A stretch of DNA of 32,000 nt from Planctopirus limnophila DSM 3776. Lineage in GTDB: Bacteria; Planctomycetota; Planctomycetia; Planctomycetales; Planctomycetaceae. The translations under genes and the position numbers were made by a program. The stretch lies in assembly GCF_000092105.1 (NCBI RefSeq), contig NC_014148.1, positions 990,001 to 1,022,000 on the forward strand, written 5' to 3'. The notes under the pieces are model-generated. The model ran no database searches. It worked only from the letters and a program-made list of their open reading frames with translations, and was not told where the DNA came from. Below are positions 15,414-24,752 of the stretch, piece by piece (the stretch's first letter is position 1; the number at the start of each line of letters is the position of its first letter).

Positions 15414-18065
15414 ATGTTGTTTGTAAAAAATCGCGATGATTTTCGATTACCACGCCAAGTGAAGAGATCTTCCCGATGGGGAACGTCTTTGCTCGCAGCG
15501 AGCATTTTGTCAGCGGCTGCATGGCTCATACAGGGACTGGTTTCCGGGGATCATGCGGTTGCCGGTAAGGCACTCGTTGCCGAAGAAAATCGGCAGGCTC
15601 CTGATGATCCAGCTCCTGGTGACTCATCGCCGGGTTTCAGTCCCGAAGATCTGGCGTTTTATCGAGAGAAGATCGAACCGATTTTCGTCAAGAACTGCAA
15701 CGAATGTCACGGAACTGGCTCGAAGTTTCGTGGTGGGTTTTCGCTGGCGGCTCGTGAACATCTCTTGAAGGGGGGCGAAAGTGGGCCAGGTGTCTTGCTC
15801 GATAAACCTGACGAAAGCATGCTGATTGATGTCATCAATTATCGCACCTACGAAATGCCTCCATCCGGGAAGCTTCCCGCCGATCAGATTGCTTCGATTA
15901 CGGAATGGGTCAAGCGGGGTGCCCCGATGCCGCCACCTGCTGTCCCTGTCGCGATGCCAGTGCATGAAGGGCCACCTCAGGTTAATGAGACGACGAAAGC
16001 TCACTGGGCCTTCCGGCCGGTCACAGATCCTCGGCCTCCCGTGAGCCAATGGGATCGATTGGCAAAGAACGACATCGACCGCTTCCTGTTTGCCAAAATG
16101 GAAGCTGCTGGTCTGGAACCTGTCGGGCCTGCTGAAAAGCGGACGCTCATTCGTCGGCTCTATTACGACGTGATTGGTTTACCTCCTTCGCCAGCACAGG
16201 TGGAAGCCTTCGTGCAGGATGCCTCACCCGAAGCGATTTCGAAGGTGATCGACGATCTTCTCGAATCACCACATTATGGTGAAAAATGGGGCCGCTTCTG
16301 GCTGGATCTGGTGCGCTATGCCGAGACCAACAGTTTCGAGCGCGACAACCCAAAACCAAACGCCTGGAAGTATCGCGATTATGTGATTAACTCCTTCAAT
16401 CGCGATAAACCATATGACCAGTTTTTGATTGAGCAACTGGCGGGGGATGAACTTCCACAGGTGACACGTGATTCGGTCATTGCCACGGGGTATTACCGTC
16501 TCAATGCCTGGGATGATGAGCCCGCCGACCAGAGGCAGGCGTTCTACGATGAGATGGACGACATTGTCTCGACAACCGGTCAGGTCATGCTGGGAATGAC
16601 AATTGGTTGTGCCCGCTGTCATGATCACAAACTCGACCCGATGCCTCAGAAGGATTACTACGGGTTTCTGGCATTCATGGCGGATCTGCAATCGTATGCC
16701 GGACGTGGCGATCAGATGAATTCCCGCTGGAGCCAGACCGATATCAGCAGCCCGGAAGTCATTCAGGCGCATGCCGAGCGCGATGCCGCTGTTCAGAAAC
16801 TGGAAGAGCAGATGCGTCAGATCGAGCAGGGTGCGATTCTGAAGATGAAAGGTGAAGACCAGCGCAAGACCGAAGGTGCCGAGCGAAAAAAGGTCCTGCG
16901 TGAAAAGCTGAAGGATTTTCTATCAAAAGAAGAATTTGATCATTATCAGGGCTTAAAAAATCAGCTGGAAGAGCTTCGTAAGCGGGCTTTACCACCGCGC
17001 GAAATGGTGCTCTCCGTGAATAACTGTCAGATGCCACCGCGAGTGACGCCCTTGTTGATTCGCGGTAACCCCGCGACTCCCGGTGAACCGGTCGAACCGC
17101 GGTTTCTTTCTGTGCTGACTGACGATGCGCCACAACTGCCAACTCTGACTCCCGGTCAAAAGACGGCAGGTCGGCGACTGGTGCTGGCGAACTGGATTGC
17201 CTCGAAAGAAAATCCGCTGACAGCCCGGGTCATGGTGAATCGCATCTGGCAAATGCACTTTGGTCGTGGACTGGTGAAGTCTTCCAGTAATTTTGGACTG
17301 AAGGGGGATCTTCCGACTCATCCCGAACTTCTTGACAGGTTGACCACGCGGTTTATTGAAGGTGGCTTTCGGATTAAGCCGCTACATCGGCTGATTCTCA
17401 ATTCGTATGCCTGGCAGATGTCATCCCGGCCCACGGCGGCCCAGCTCAATGCCGATCCTCAGAACGATCTTTATTCGCACTTTGAGATGCGCAGGCTGAC
17501 GGCCGAAGAGACCCGGGATGGACTGCTGGCGGTCAGTGGCGAACTCAATCTGGCGGTGGGTGGCCCGAGTGTCTACACCGCCATGCCCAAAGAAGTCCTG
17601 GCTGGGCAATCCGTTCCGGGTCAAGGCTGGGGGCAATCCTCACCCGAGGAGCAGAATCGCCGAAGTGTTTACATTCATGTGAAGCGATCACTGCTGGTTC
17701 CCACGTTGTCGAGCCTCGATTTCCCGGATCCTGATGGGACATGCCCTATTCGGTTTGCGACGACACAGCCAACACAAGCCTTAACGAGCCTCAACAGTGC
17801 CTTCTATAACCAGCAGGCCAAGGAGTTCGCCGAGAGAGTGCGGGCAGATCTGCAGATCAACGAATTAAATGATGAATCGCTGCGCCAATGTGTCGCACAG
17901 GCGTTAACGCTGACCACCAATCGCCCACCGACGACTGCGGAAGTCGAGCGCGGTTTCGGCTTGATTCAGTCGCTGCGGGATCGTGGTCAGGTCAGTGCCG
18001 ACTTGGCTCTGGAACGTTTCTGCCTCGTGGCCATCAACCTGAATGAGTTTCTGTATCTCGACTGA
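15414..18065 (+). CDS. Planctomycete cytochrome c (PSCyt1) / DUF1549 (PSCyt2) / DUF1553 (PSD1) domain protein
   Basis: It has an N-terminal signal/anchor and the heme-c binding motif CNECHG. DUF1549-like blocks are present (IDRFLFAKMEAAGL, RRLYYDVIGLPPS, SPHYGEKWGRFWLDLVRYAETNSFE), then a central coiled-coil segment. DUF1553-like blocks follow (RLVLANWIAS.ENPLTARVMVNRIWQMHFGRGLV, FGLKGDLPTHPELLD, RRSVYIHVKR). Confidence 0.85.
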   Translation: MLFVKNRDDFRLPRQVKRSSRWGTSLLAASILSAAAWLIQGLVSGDHAVAGKALVAEENRQAPDDPAPGDSSPGFSPEDLAFYREKIEPIFVKNCNECHGTGSKFRGGFSLAAREHLLKGGESGPGVLLDKPDESMLIDVINYRTYEMPPSGKLPADQIASITEWVKRGAPMPPPAVPVAMPVHEGPPQVNETTKAHWAFRPVTDPRPPVSQWDRLAKNDIDRFLFAKMEAAGLEPVGPAEKRTLIRRLYYDVIGLPPSPAQVEAFVQDASPEAISKVIDDLLESPHYGEKWGRFWLDLVRYAETNSFERDNPKPNAWKYRDYVINSFNRDKPYDQFLIEQLAGDELPQVTRDSVIATGYYRLNAWDDEPADQRQAFYDEMDDIVSTTGQVMLGMTIGCARCHDHKLDPMPQKDYYGFLAFMADLQSYAGRGDQMNSRWSQTDISSPEVIQAHAERDAAVQKLEEQMRQIEQGAILKMKGEDQRKTEGAERKKVLREKLKDFLSKEEFDHYQGLKNQLEELRKRALPPREMVLSVNNCQMPPRVTPLLIRGNPATPGEPVEPRFLSVLTDDAPQLPTLTPGQKTAGRRLVLANWIASKENPLTARVMVNRIWQMHFGRGLVKSSSNFGLKGDLPTHPELLDRLTTRFIEGGFRIKPLHRLILNSYAWQMSSRPTAAQLNADPQNDLYSHFEMRRLTAEETRDGLLAVSGELNLAVGGPSVYTAMPKEVLAGQSVPGQGWGQSSPEEQNRRSVYIHVKRSLLVPTLSSLDFPDPDGTCPIRFATTQPTQALTSLNSAFYNQQAKEFAERVRADLQINELNDESLRQCVAQALTLTTNRPPTTAEVERGFGLIQSLRDRGQVSADLALERFCLVAINLNEFLYLD

Positions 18066-18150
18066 TTTCTCGAAATAGACGGCTGCTGAGATCGATTCTG
18101 CCAGTGATTATGGCAACTGCTCATTGAACTTTGCGTAATGTGAGAACCTC

Positions 18151-19617
18151 ATGAACCAGCCCATGCATAATTTTTGTGGACGCACTCGCCGGGAGTTTCT
18201 GTGGGAGGCTGGGGCTGGTTTTTCCGGCCTCGCCATGACAGGGCTCCTGCAGAAGGAAGGCTTCTTCGTGAAGCAGGCGGTCGGTGCTGATGGTGTCACC
18301 CCCTTTGTGAATCCATTGGCTCCTAAAGAGCCTCACCATGCTCCCAAAGCCAAAAGTGTGATTTTTCTCTTCATGTACGGTGGCCCCAGCCAGGTCGACA
18401 CCTTTGATTACAAACCGAAATTGTACGGGCTGGATGGCAAGACGATTCCCGTCAAGACCAAGGGGCGCGGCGGGGCACGCAATGAAGGGCGCGTCGTCGG
18501 CCCCAAATGGAATTTTCAGCAATATGGCCAATCGGGGCAGTGGGTCTCAGATCTCTTTCCGAATCTCGCGACCTGCGTGGACGATATCGCATTTATCAAG
18601 TCGATGACGGCTGAAGCGCCGGTGCATGGTTCCGCCATGCTGCAGATGAACTCGGGCAAAATTCAAAGTGGTTATCCTTGCCTGGGTTCTTGGGTCAATT
18701 ATGGCCTGGGGACAGAAAACGAAAATCTGCCAGGTTTCGTGGTAATGCTCGACCATTCGGGCGGGCCGATCAGTGGTGCCAAAAACTGGTCCAGCGGCTT
18801 CATGCCGGCAAGTTATCAGGCGACCGTGATGAGATCAAAGGGCCCGGCCATTCTCGATCTCGTGCCACCTGAAAACATGTCCGATGACGTCCAGCGGCAA
18901 CTCATCTCCACAATCAACGAGTACAACCAGGAGCATCAACTCTCGCGAGGTGAAAACTCGAATCTGGCAGCTCGTATTGCCAGTTTTGAGCTGGCTTACA
19001 AGATGCAGACCACAGCACCGGAAGCGACCGATCTCTCGCAGGAAACGGAATCGACACTCAAGCTGTACGGGATGGATAATCCGCAGACCGAATACTTCGG
19101 TCGGCAGTGCTTGCTCGCTCGTCGCCTGGTAGAACGCGGAGTCCGGTTCATTCAGGTTTATGCTGGTGGCAATCACAACGACGCCAACTGGGATGCTCAC
19201 GGCGATCTGGTGAAGAATCACACGTTACACGCCGGTCGAACCGACAAGCCGATTGCCGGGCTATTAAAGGATCTCAAGGCACGGGGCTTGCTCAATGATA
19301 CTCTGATTGTGTGGGGTGGTGAGTTTGGCAGGCAGCCAGTCGCTGAATACAAAGAGGGGACTGGTCGAGATCATAACGTAGCTGGCTTTACCATGTGGTG
19401 TGCTGGTGGTGGCATCAAGGGTGGATGCAGTGTCGGTGAGACCGATGAACTGGGGAATGAAGCCGTCAAGGATCGTTTCCACGTCAAGCACCTGCATGCG
19501 ACGATTCTGCATCAGTTGGGTCTCGATCCGAATCACCTCTCCTTCTTTTACGGCGGTCTCGATCAGAAACTGGTGGGCGTCGAAGGAGCTGATCCGATCA
19601 AGCAGATCATTGCCTGA
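18151..19617 (+). CDS. DUF1501 domain protein with twin-arginine (Tat) signal
   Basis: It has a Tat-like N-terminus, RTRREFLWEAGAGFSGLAMTGLL. DUF1501-like blocks are present: KSVIFLFMYGGPSQVDTFDYKP, WDAHGD, LIVWGGEFGRQP, GRDHN. It sits in the canonical position directly downstream of a DUF1553 gene. Confidence 0.85.
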   Translation: MNQPMHNFCGRTRREFLWEAGAGFSGLAMTGLLQKEGFFVKQAVGADGVTPFVNPLAPKEPHHAPKAKSVIFLFMYGGPSQVDTFDYKPKLYGLDGKTIPVKTKGRGGARNEGRVVGPKWNFQQYGQSGQWVSDLFPNLATCVDDIAFIKSMTAEAPVHGSAMLQMNSGKIQSGYPCLGSWVNYGLGTENENLPGFVVMLDHSGGPISGAKNWSSGFMPASYQATVMRSKGPAILDLVPPENMSDDVQRQLISTINEYNQEHQLSRGENSNLAARIASFELAYKMQTTAPEATDLSQETESTLKLYGMDNPQTEYFGRQCLLARRLVERGVRFIQVYAGGNHNDANWDAHGDLVKNHTLHAGRTDKPIAGLLKDLKARGLLNDTLIVWGGEFGRQPVAEYKEGTGRDHNVAGFTMWCAGGGIKGGCSVGETDELGNEAVKDRFHVKHLHATILHQLGLDPNHLSFFYGGLDQKLVGVEGADPIKQIIA

Positions 19618-19767
19618 TTCCACATGCCTGACTGGCGATGACGATCATTCCGATAACGATTGATTGTCGGTATTCCAGGGCATTCCTGGAGTGCTTAACT
19701 CGTCCATGTCTCGCTGTCAGTTGCCCTACTCTTCACTTCGCAACGATTTCCCACCAAGGCGCACTCC

Positions 19768-20700
19768 ATGAATTGCCCGACTATGAATCGCTGGTTCGCC
19801 CTGTTGGCGATTCTTTCATTTTCGATACAGAACATCTCGGCTGCTGAGCATCCGACGCAGACGGGGACGCCACGCAGTTACATCGCGGCTGATTATTCCA
19901 AAAAGATTCTCGTCCATGTAGGGGCAGATAACTCAGATGTCTGGAAGCAGACAATTCGCGATGTGCATGATCTCCAGATTCTGCCCCATGGCCATCTCCT
20001 CACACAAACGAACTTCCAGACGATCGTCGAGTTGAATGACAAAGGCGAGATCGTCTGGAGTTACGATGCCAAATCGTCACCAGGGAATGCGGATCGCAAA
20101 GTGGAAATCCATGCGTTTCAAAGACTGGCGGATGGCTCGACGATGATAGTCGAAAGTGGGCCCGCCCGGATTCTCGAGGTAAACGCCGAAGGAAAAGTTC
20201 TCAGGGAAATTCCGCTGGTGGTGAAGAATCGGGATCCGCATCGGGACAGCCGACTGGCTCGCAAGCTGGAAAATGGCCATTACCTCGTTTGCCATGAGAA
20301 AGACCAGACTGTGCGGGAGTACGACGAGAAGGGCCAGGTGGTCTGGGACTATGTAACGGGGACAGCTCTTTATTCTGCCGAACGATTACCCAATGGAAAC
20401 ACGCTGATTGGTACGGGGAATGGTCACAGCGTCATCGAAGTCACTCCCCAGAAAGAGGTGGTCTGGTCAGTCACTGAGAACGAGCTTCCAGGAATCAAGC
20501 TGGGTTGGATCACCATGGTGGAACGATTACCCGATGGCAACACCCTGATTGTCAATTGTCATGGTGGAGACAATCAGCCCCATGCATTGATTGTGACACC
20601 TCAGAAGCAGGTTGTCTGGACACTGAAGGACCATGTCCGCTTTGGAAATAATCTGCCGGTTTTGAAACTCGTGGCCCAGGGATCGGGCACAACGCGTTAA
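19768..20700 (+). CDS. Secreted beta-propeller repeat protein, function unknown
   Basis: It has a signal peptide (MNRWFALLAILSFSIQNISA). At least five roughly 45-50-aa internal repeats each end in a G(E/Q)(I/V)VW motif: LPHGHLL...KGEIVWSY; LADGSTMI...EGKVLREI; LENGHYLV...KGQVVWDY; LPNGNTLI...QKEVVWSV; LPDGNTLI...QKQVVWTL. Confidence 0.65.
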   Translation: MNCPTMNRWFALLAILSFSIQNISAAEHPTQTGTPRSYIAADYSKKILVHVGADNSDVWKQTIRDVHDLQILPHGHLLTQTNFQTIVELNDKGEIVWSYDAKSSPGNADRKVEIHAFQRLADGSTMIVESGPARILEVNAEGKVLREIPLVVKNRDPHRDSRLARKLENGHYLVCHEKDQTVREYDEKGQVVWDYVTGTALYSAERLPNGNTLIGTGNGHSVIEVTPQKEVVWSVTENELPGIKLGWITMVERLPDGNTLIVNCHGGDNQPHALIVTPQKQVVWTLKDHVRFGNNLPVLKLVAQGSGTTR

Positions 20701-20827
20701 AGAGTGTCAATGTTTTGTTGCAATCTGTCTCCCGAGACGGTCAGATACGAGTCGAACTGAATCTTCTGGCAGTTCACTCAACTTGTCACAATCTCCCCTT
20801 CTGTCTTCATCTATAAAGTTGCATACC

Positions 20828-21928
20828 ATGTCGCACATCGGGTTTTTCTGGCAGCCACGTTTCGTGATGGGCACCTTTTGGGGCTGGCTGGCCGCCAGTG
20901 CTCTGCTGATATCGAGCGGCTGTGAAACCAGACCAGGAGGAATGACAGGTAACGGGCCCGGTGGTTCATCCAAACCTCTGAAATATGCCTATGTCACCAA
21001 CGGTGTGGCCGACTTCTGGAATGTGGCTGAGGCGGGTGTCCGTCAGGCGGAAAAGGATCTGAATTCGGCCGGGAAAAGCACGAAAGTTGAAGTTCGTCAC
21101 CCTCCGGATGGTGTGGTCGATCAAAAGCGGATGGTGCAGGAATTGTTGACGCTCGGCGTGGATGGCATCTCGATCTCGCCGATTGATCCTGAGAATCAAA
21201 GCGATCTGCTGGCGGAAATTGCGAAGCAGACGATCTTCATTACGAATGATTCAGATGCTCCCAAAAGCGAGCGGCTGGTTTACATTGGCATGGATAACTA
21301 CACCGCTGGCCGCCAGTGTGGTGAGATGATCAAAGAAGCCTTGCCTGACGGTGGGAAGGTCATGATCTTCGTCGGCAGACTGGGACAGCTCAATGCCAAA
21401 CAACGTCGTCAGGGAATCATTGATGAACTGCTGGGACGCAGTGTGGATCCTGAGCGATATGATGAGCCCGGAAAAGAACTGGTCGGTGACAAATACACCA
21501 TTCTCGATACCCGAACTGACGACTTTGATCTTGTGAAAGCGAAATCTCTCGCCCAGGATGCGATTACCAGGCATCAGGATCTCAACTGTATGGTGGGTTT
21601 GTTCGCCTACAATCCCCCCAAGCTGATTGATGCCGTTAAGGACGCTGGCAAAGTTGGCAAAATTCAGATTCTGGGCTTCGATGAAGACGAGGGGACTCTG
21701 CAGGGCATCCAGGATGGAGTGATGTATGGGAGCTGTGTGCAGAACCCGTATCAGTACGGCTATCAGTCGGTCATGATGCTCGACAAAATCAAATCGGGAG
21801 ACAAGTCCGGCATTCCCGAAGACAAATTTATCGAGATTCCCGTCCGCAAGATTACCAAAGCCAATGTGAACGAGTTCTGGAAAGAATTGAACCAGTTGCT
21901 GGGTAAACCCGCTCCAGAGGCCAAATGA
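20828..21928 (+). CDS. Sugar ABC transporter substrate-binding lipoprotein (RbsB-like, periplasmic binding protein type I)
   Basis: It has a lipoprotein signal (WGWLAASALLISSGC). The mature part resembles ribose/galactose-type binding proteins (KYAYVTNGVADFWNVAEAGVRQAEKDL, GVDGISISPIDP, VMIFVGRLGQLNAKQRRQG). The ORF track start at 20783 is a TTG. The first ATG, at 20828, was chosen; 20867 is an alternative. Confidence 0.8.
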   Translation: MSHIGFFWQPRFVMGTFWGWLAASALLISSGCETRPGGMTGNGPGGSSKPLKYAYVTNGVADFWNVAEAGVRQAEKDLNSAGKSTKVEVRHPPDGVVDQKRMVQELLTLGVDGISISPIDPENQSDLLAEIAKQTIFITNDSDAPKSERLVYIGMDNYTAGRQCGEMIKEALPDGGKVMIFVGRLGQLNAKQRRQGIIDELLGRSVDPERYDEPGKELVGDKYTILDTRTDDFDLVKAKSLAQDAITRHQDLNCMVGLFAYNPPKLIDAVKDAGKVGKIQILGFDEDEGTLQGIQDGVMYGSCVQNPYQYGYQSVMMLDKIKSGDKSGIPEDKFIEIPVRKITKANVNEFWKELNQLLGKPAPEAK

Positions 21929-21983
21929 CCGGGGAGTCATTCGGAAGGCAAATAAGTTCAGCCCGGCATGTGCATTTTAGCGG

Positions 21984-23570
21984 ATGGGAGATCGTCGCGA
22001 GAACATGGTCTCTGCAACATCAAAGACAACGACAGATGTGACGACAGGCCGGCTCCCTGATCGAACGAATGACAGTCCGTTATTGCTGGCAGCCAGTCAG
22101 ATCACGAAAGAATTTCCCGGTTGTAAGGCGCTCGATCGAGTCAGTATTTCTTTCTCACCCGGCGAGATCGTCGCGATTCTTGGTGAAAATGGTGCTGGCA
22201 AAAGCACGCTGATGAAGATCCTCGCTGGCGTACAGCCACCAGATGGTGGTGAGTTGCTGGTTGACGGCCAGCCTGTCATTTTTCGAGATGTTGGCGACGC
22301 GATTGAGCACGGGATTGTCCTCATCCATCAGGAACTCAACCTCGCGGAAAATCTCAGTATCGGAGCCAATCTGTTCCTGGGACGTGAGCCGACACGCTGG
22401 GGATTCATTGATCAGAAAACGATTCGTCGATTGTCCCGGGAACTGCTCGATCGAGTGGGCCTGAACTACACTCCGGAGACAATCGTCGGAGAGTTATCAA
22501 CCGGGCAGCAGCAACTGGTGGAAATTGCCAAAGCACTTTCCATTCAGGCACGGGTGCTGATTATGGACGAACCCACCGCCAGTCTTTCTCAGTATGAAAC
22601 GGAACTGCTTTACGGCGTCGTACGGAAACTGAAGGCGGACGGTGTTTGCGTCATTTATATTTCGCACAGACTCAGTGAAATTCAGGAACTGGCCGATCGA
22701 GTGGTGGTGCTGCGCGATGGACAGTATGTGGGAGAAATTTCGCGGGCTGAAATGACTCGCGAAAAAATGGTCTCGATGATGATTGGCCGCAGTTTGACAA
22801 GTGGCATCGAGCGGCATTCCCACACTCCCGGTCCGGAAGTTTTCCGCATCAAAGATCTGGTCACCACGGCCTTCCCGGAAGCTCGAAACTCTTTCTCCCT
22901 CAAGGCAGGTGAGATTGTGGGGATGGCCGGTTTAGTGGGAGCAGGGCGGACAGAACTGCTACGGGCAGTTTTCGGCATTGATCGACCACTGGCTGGCGAG
23001 ATCTTTTGCGACTCAAAGCTGGTGAGAATCTCTTCACCACGAGCCGCGATGAATCTGGGGATGGCGCTGGTTCCTGAAGATCGCAAAGGCGAAGGACTCG
23101 TGCTGGAAATGTCTGTCCGGCACAACCACACGCTGGCGACTCTGGCCCGCCAGGCCTCTCTGGGTGTTTTCATCAATACTGCTCAGGAAATCACAGACAG
23201 CCAGAGGATGATCACAGCCCTGCGTACGAAGACTGCCAGTGACCAATTGGCCGTGCAGTACTTATCTGGCGGAAACCAGCAGAAAGTTGTGATTGGCAAA
23301 TGGCTGCTTTCGAATCCCAAAATCCTGCTCCTGGATGAACCGACGCGTGGTGTCGATGTGGGTGCCAAACAGGAGATCTATCGGATTATGGAGGAACTGG
23401 CGGGGCAGGGTCTGTCGCTGCTGTTTGTTTCCAGTGATCTGGAAGAAGTGATTCGCATGTCGGATCGCGTGCTGGTGATGCACGAAGGAAAGATCACCGG
23501 CGAATTGAGTCGCCAGCAACTGAGTGAAACAGCCATTATGGCCCTGGCGACCGGAGGAGCGCTCTCATGA
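21984..23570 (+). CDS. Sugar ABC transporter ATP-binding protein, tandem ATPase (RbsA-like)
   Basis: It has two nucleotide-binding domains. The first has GENGAGKST / LSTGQQQLVEIAKAL / LIMDEPTASL. The second has GLVGAGRTEL / LSGGNQQKVVIGKWL / LLLDEPTRGVD. An alternative ATG lies at 22005. Confidence 0.9.
   Translation: MGDRRENMVSATSKTTTDVTTGRLPDRTNDSPLLLAASQITKEFPGCKALDRVSISFSPGEIVAILGENGAGKSTLMKILAGVQPPDGGELLVDGQPVIFRDVGDAIEHGIVLIHQELNLAENLSIGANLFLGREPTRWGFIDQKTIRRLSRELLDRVGLNYTPETIVGELSTGQQQLVEIAKALSIQARVLIMDEPTASLSQYETELLYGVVRKLKADGVCVIYISHRLSEIQELADRVVVLRDGQYVGEISRAEMTREKMVSMMIGRSLTSGIERHSHTPGPEVFRIKDLVTTAFPEARNSFSLKAGEIVGMAGLVGAGRTELLRAVFGIDRPLAGEIFCDSKLVRISSPRAAMNLGMALVPEDRKGEGLVLEMSVRHNHTLATLARQASLGVFINTAQEITDSQRMITALRTKTASDQLAVQYLSGGNQQKVVIGKWLLSNPKILLLDEPTRGVDVGAKQEIYRIMEELAGQGLSLLFVSSDLEEVIRMSDRVLVMHEGKITGELSRQQLSETAIMALATGGALS
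23553..23559 (+). promoter_or_regulatory. Shine-Dalgarno-like GGAGGAG 7 nt upstream of the permease ATG (23567), inside the 3' end of the ATPase gene
   Basis: Read directly from the sequence. The ATPase stop and permease start overlap as ATGA (23567-23570), which indicates translational coupling. Confidence 0.5.
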
Positions 23571-24553
23571 AGAGAATACTCGGAATTCTTGGCATTCTGA
23601 TCGCCGTGATGGTTGTGACTGGCATTCTTCAACCAGCCTTCCTCAGTGGATATAACCTTTCAAACGTCACTCAGCTTTCGGCCTACTTTGCCATCCTGAG
23701 TATTGGCGTGATGTTCGTGATCATCACCGGCGGGATCGATCTTTCGATTGGGCCAGTCGTGGGCCTTGTGGGCTGCCTGCTCCCGCTGCTCATTGTGAAG
23801 TATGGTTTTCATCCGGCCCTGGCTATTGCTTTTGTCATGGGAGTAGCCGCACTCATCGGGACGACGCATGGTCTGTTGATTACCAAGGCAAAGCTTCAGC
23901 CGTTTGTGGTGACACTTTGCGGCTGGCTGATTTATCGTGGTCTGGCCCGCTGGATCACAGGAGATGCCAACCAGGGGTTTGGGAATAGCTTTAACGGCCT
24001 GCTGGAAATCTCTCGCAAAAAGATCCCTTTGCCCGGGGATTATCAAGTGCCGATCCCGGTGGTTTACATGCTGATTATCGCTGTGCTGGCTGCCATTTTT
24101 TTGAACAAGACGGTTTGGGGTCGCTACCTGTATGCGATTGGTCGCAATGAACAGGCCGCACATTTCAGCGGGATTAACACCGATCGAATCAAGTTGATGG
24201 CCTATGTACTGTGTTCAACAATCGCCGGGTTTGGCGGGGTGCTGCTCGCTTTTGACCTCAATTCGATGCAACCCAGTTCGCATGGGAACACTTATGAATT
24301 GTATGCGATTGCGGCCGCAGTTCTAGGGGGTTGCAGTCTTCGCGGCGGTGAAGGATCAGTGGCGGGTGTGGTGATTGGCGCGGTCCTCTTGAGAGTGCTC
24401 TACAGTGCTAACAATATGCTCGGGATTCCCAGCACGTTGGAATATGTGACGATCGGCACGGTGCTTCTGGCGGGTGTGCTGGCCGATGAAGGTGTGAAGT
24501 GGTACTCGCAGCGGAGAAAACTGATTCAATCCGCCAGGAAAGTCGCCGCTTGA
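23567..24553 (+). CDS. Sugar ABC transporter permease (RbsC-like, BPD_transp_2 type)
   Basis: A polytopic 328-aa protein with the characteristic GGIDLSIGPVVGL and GGCSLRGGEGSVAGVVIGA blocks of ribose/branched-chain-type permeases. Confidence 0.9.
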   Translation: MKRILGILGILIAVMVVTGILQPAFLSGYNLSNVTQLSAYFAILSIGVMFVIITGGIDLSIGPVVGLVGCLLPLLIVKYGFHPALAIAFVMGVAALIGTTHGLLITKAKLQPFVVTLCGWLIYRGLARWITGDANQGFGNSFNGLLEISRKKIPLPGDYQVPIPVVYMLIIAVLAAIFLNKTVWGRYLYAIGRNEQAAHFSGINTDRIKLMAYVLCSTIAGFGGVLLAFDLNSMQPSSHGNTYELYAIAAAVLGGCSLRGGEGSVAGVVIGAVLLRVLYSANNMLGIPSTLEYVTIGTVLLAGVLADEGVKWYSQRRKLIQSARKVAA

Positions 24554-24593
24554 GTTTGAGAAGTCGCCCTCGAGTTGGAAGCTTGATTTCAGC

Positions 24594-24615
24594 AAAAACC
24601 TGAGAGAAGGTTTTT
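24594..24615 (+). terminator. Weak candidate terminator hairpin after the ABC permease
   Basis: AAAAACCT (24594-24601) pairs with AGGTTTTT (24608-24615) around a 6-nt loop. The stem is AU-rich and weak, and the T-run is part of the stem, so confidence is low. Confidence 0.3.
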
Positions 24616-24752
24616 AGTCGCAGTTCTCTCCCTGGCGGGATAGACTTATGTCGCTCGCCAATAGACAGAAGCTCTGACTTTTGAGAACAACTTGTGACGA
24701 CGGAGGTTATTCATCGAGATGACCTGCGTGTTGCATCGTCCGAAGGAACTGC

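Noticed and set aside
15138-15529. Small minus-strand ORFs (84, 87 and 67 aa) in the XylR-like / DUF1553 divergent region.
   Set aside because: They overlap each other. Two of them (15259-15522 and 15326-15529) also run into the DUF1553 gene. They have no motifs, and the region is better explained as a shared promoter/operator region.
21251-21940. A 229-aa antisense ORF opposite the sugar-binding protein gene. Similar long antisense ORFs occur at 25428-26171, 12745-13374, 22682-23176, 16266-16772, 382-804 and 28499-28957.
   Set aside because: Each lies fully inside a sense gene with strong family motifs. The translations have no recognisable motifs and have skewed composition. They are shadow ORFs.
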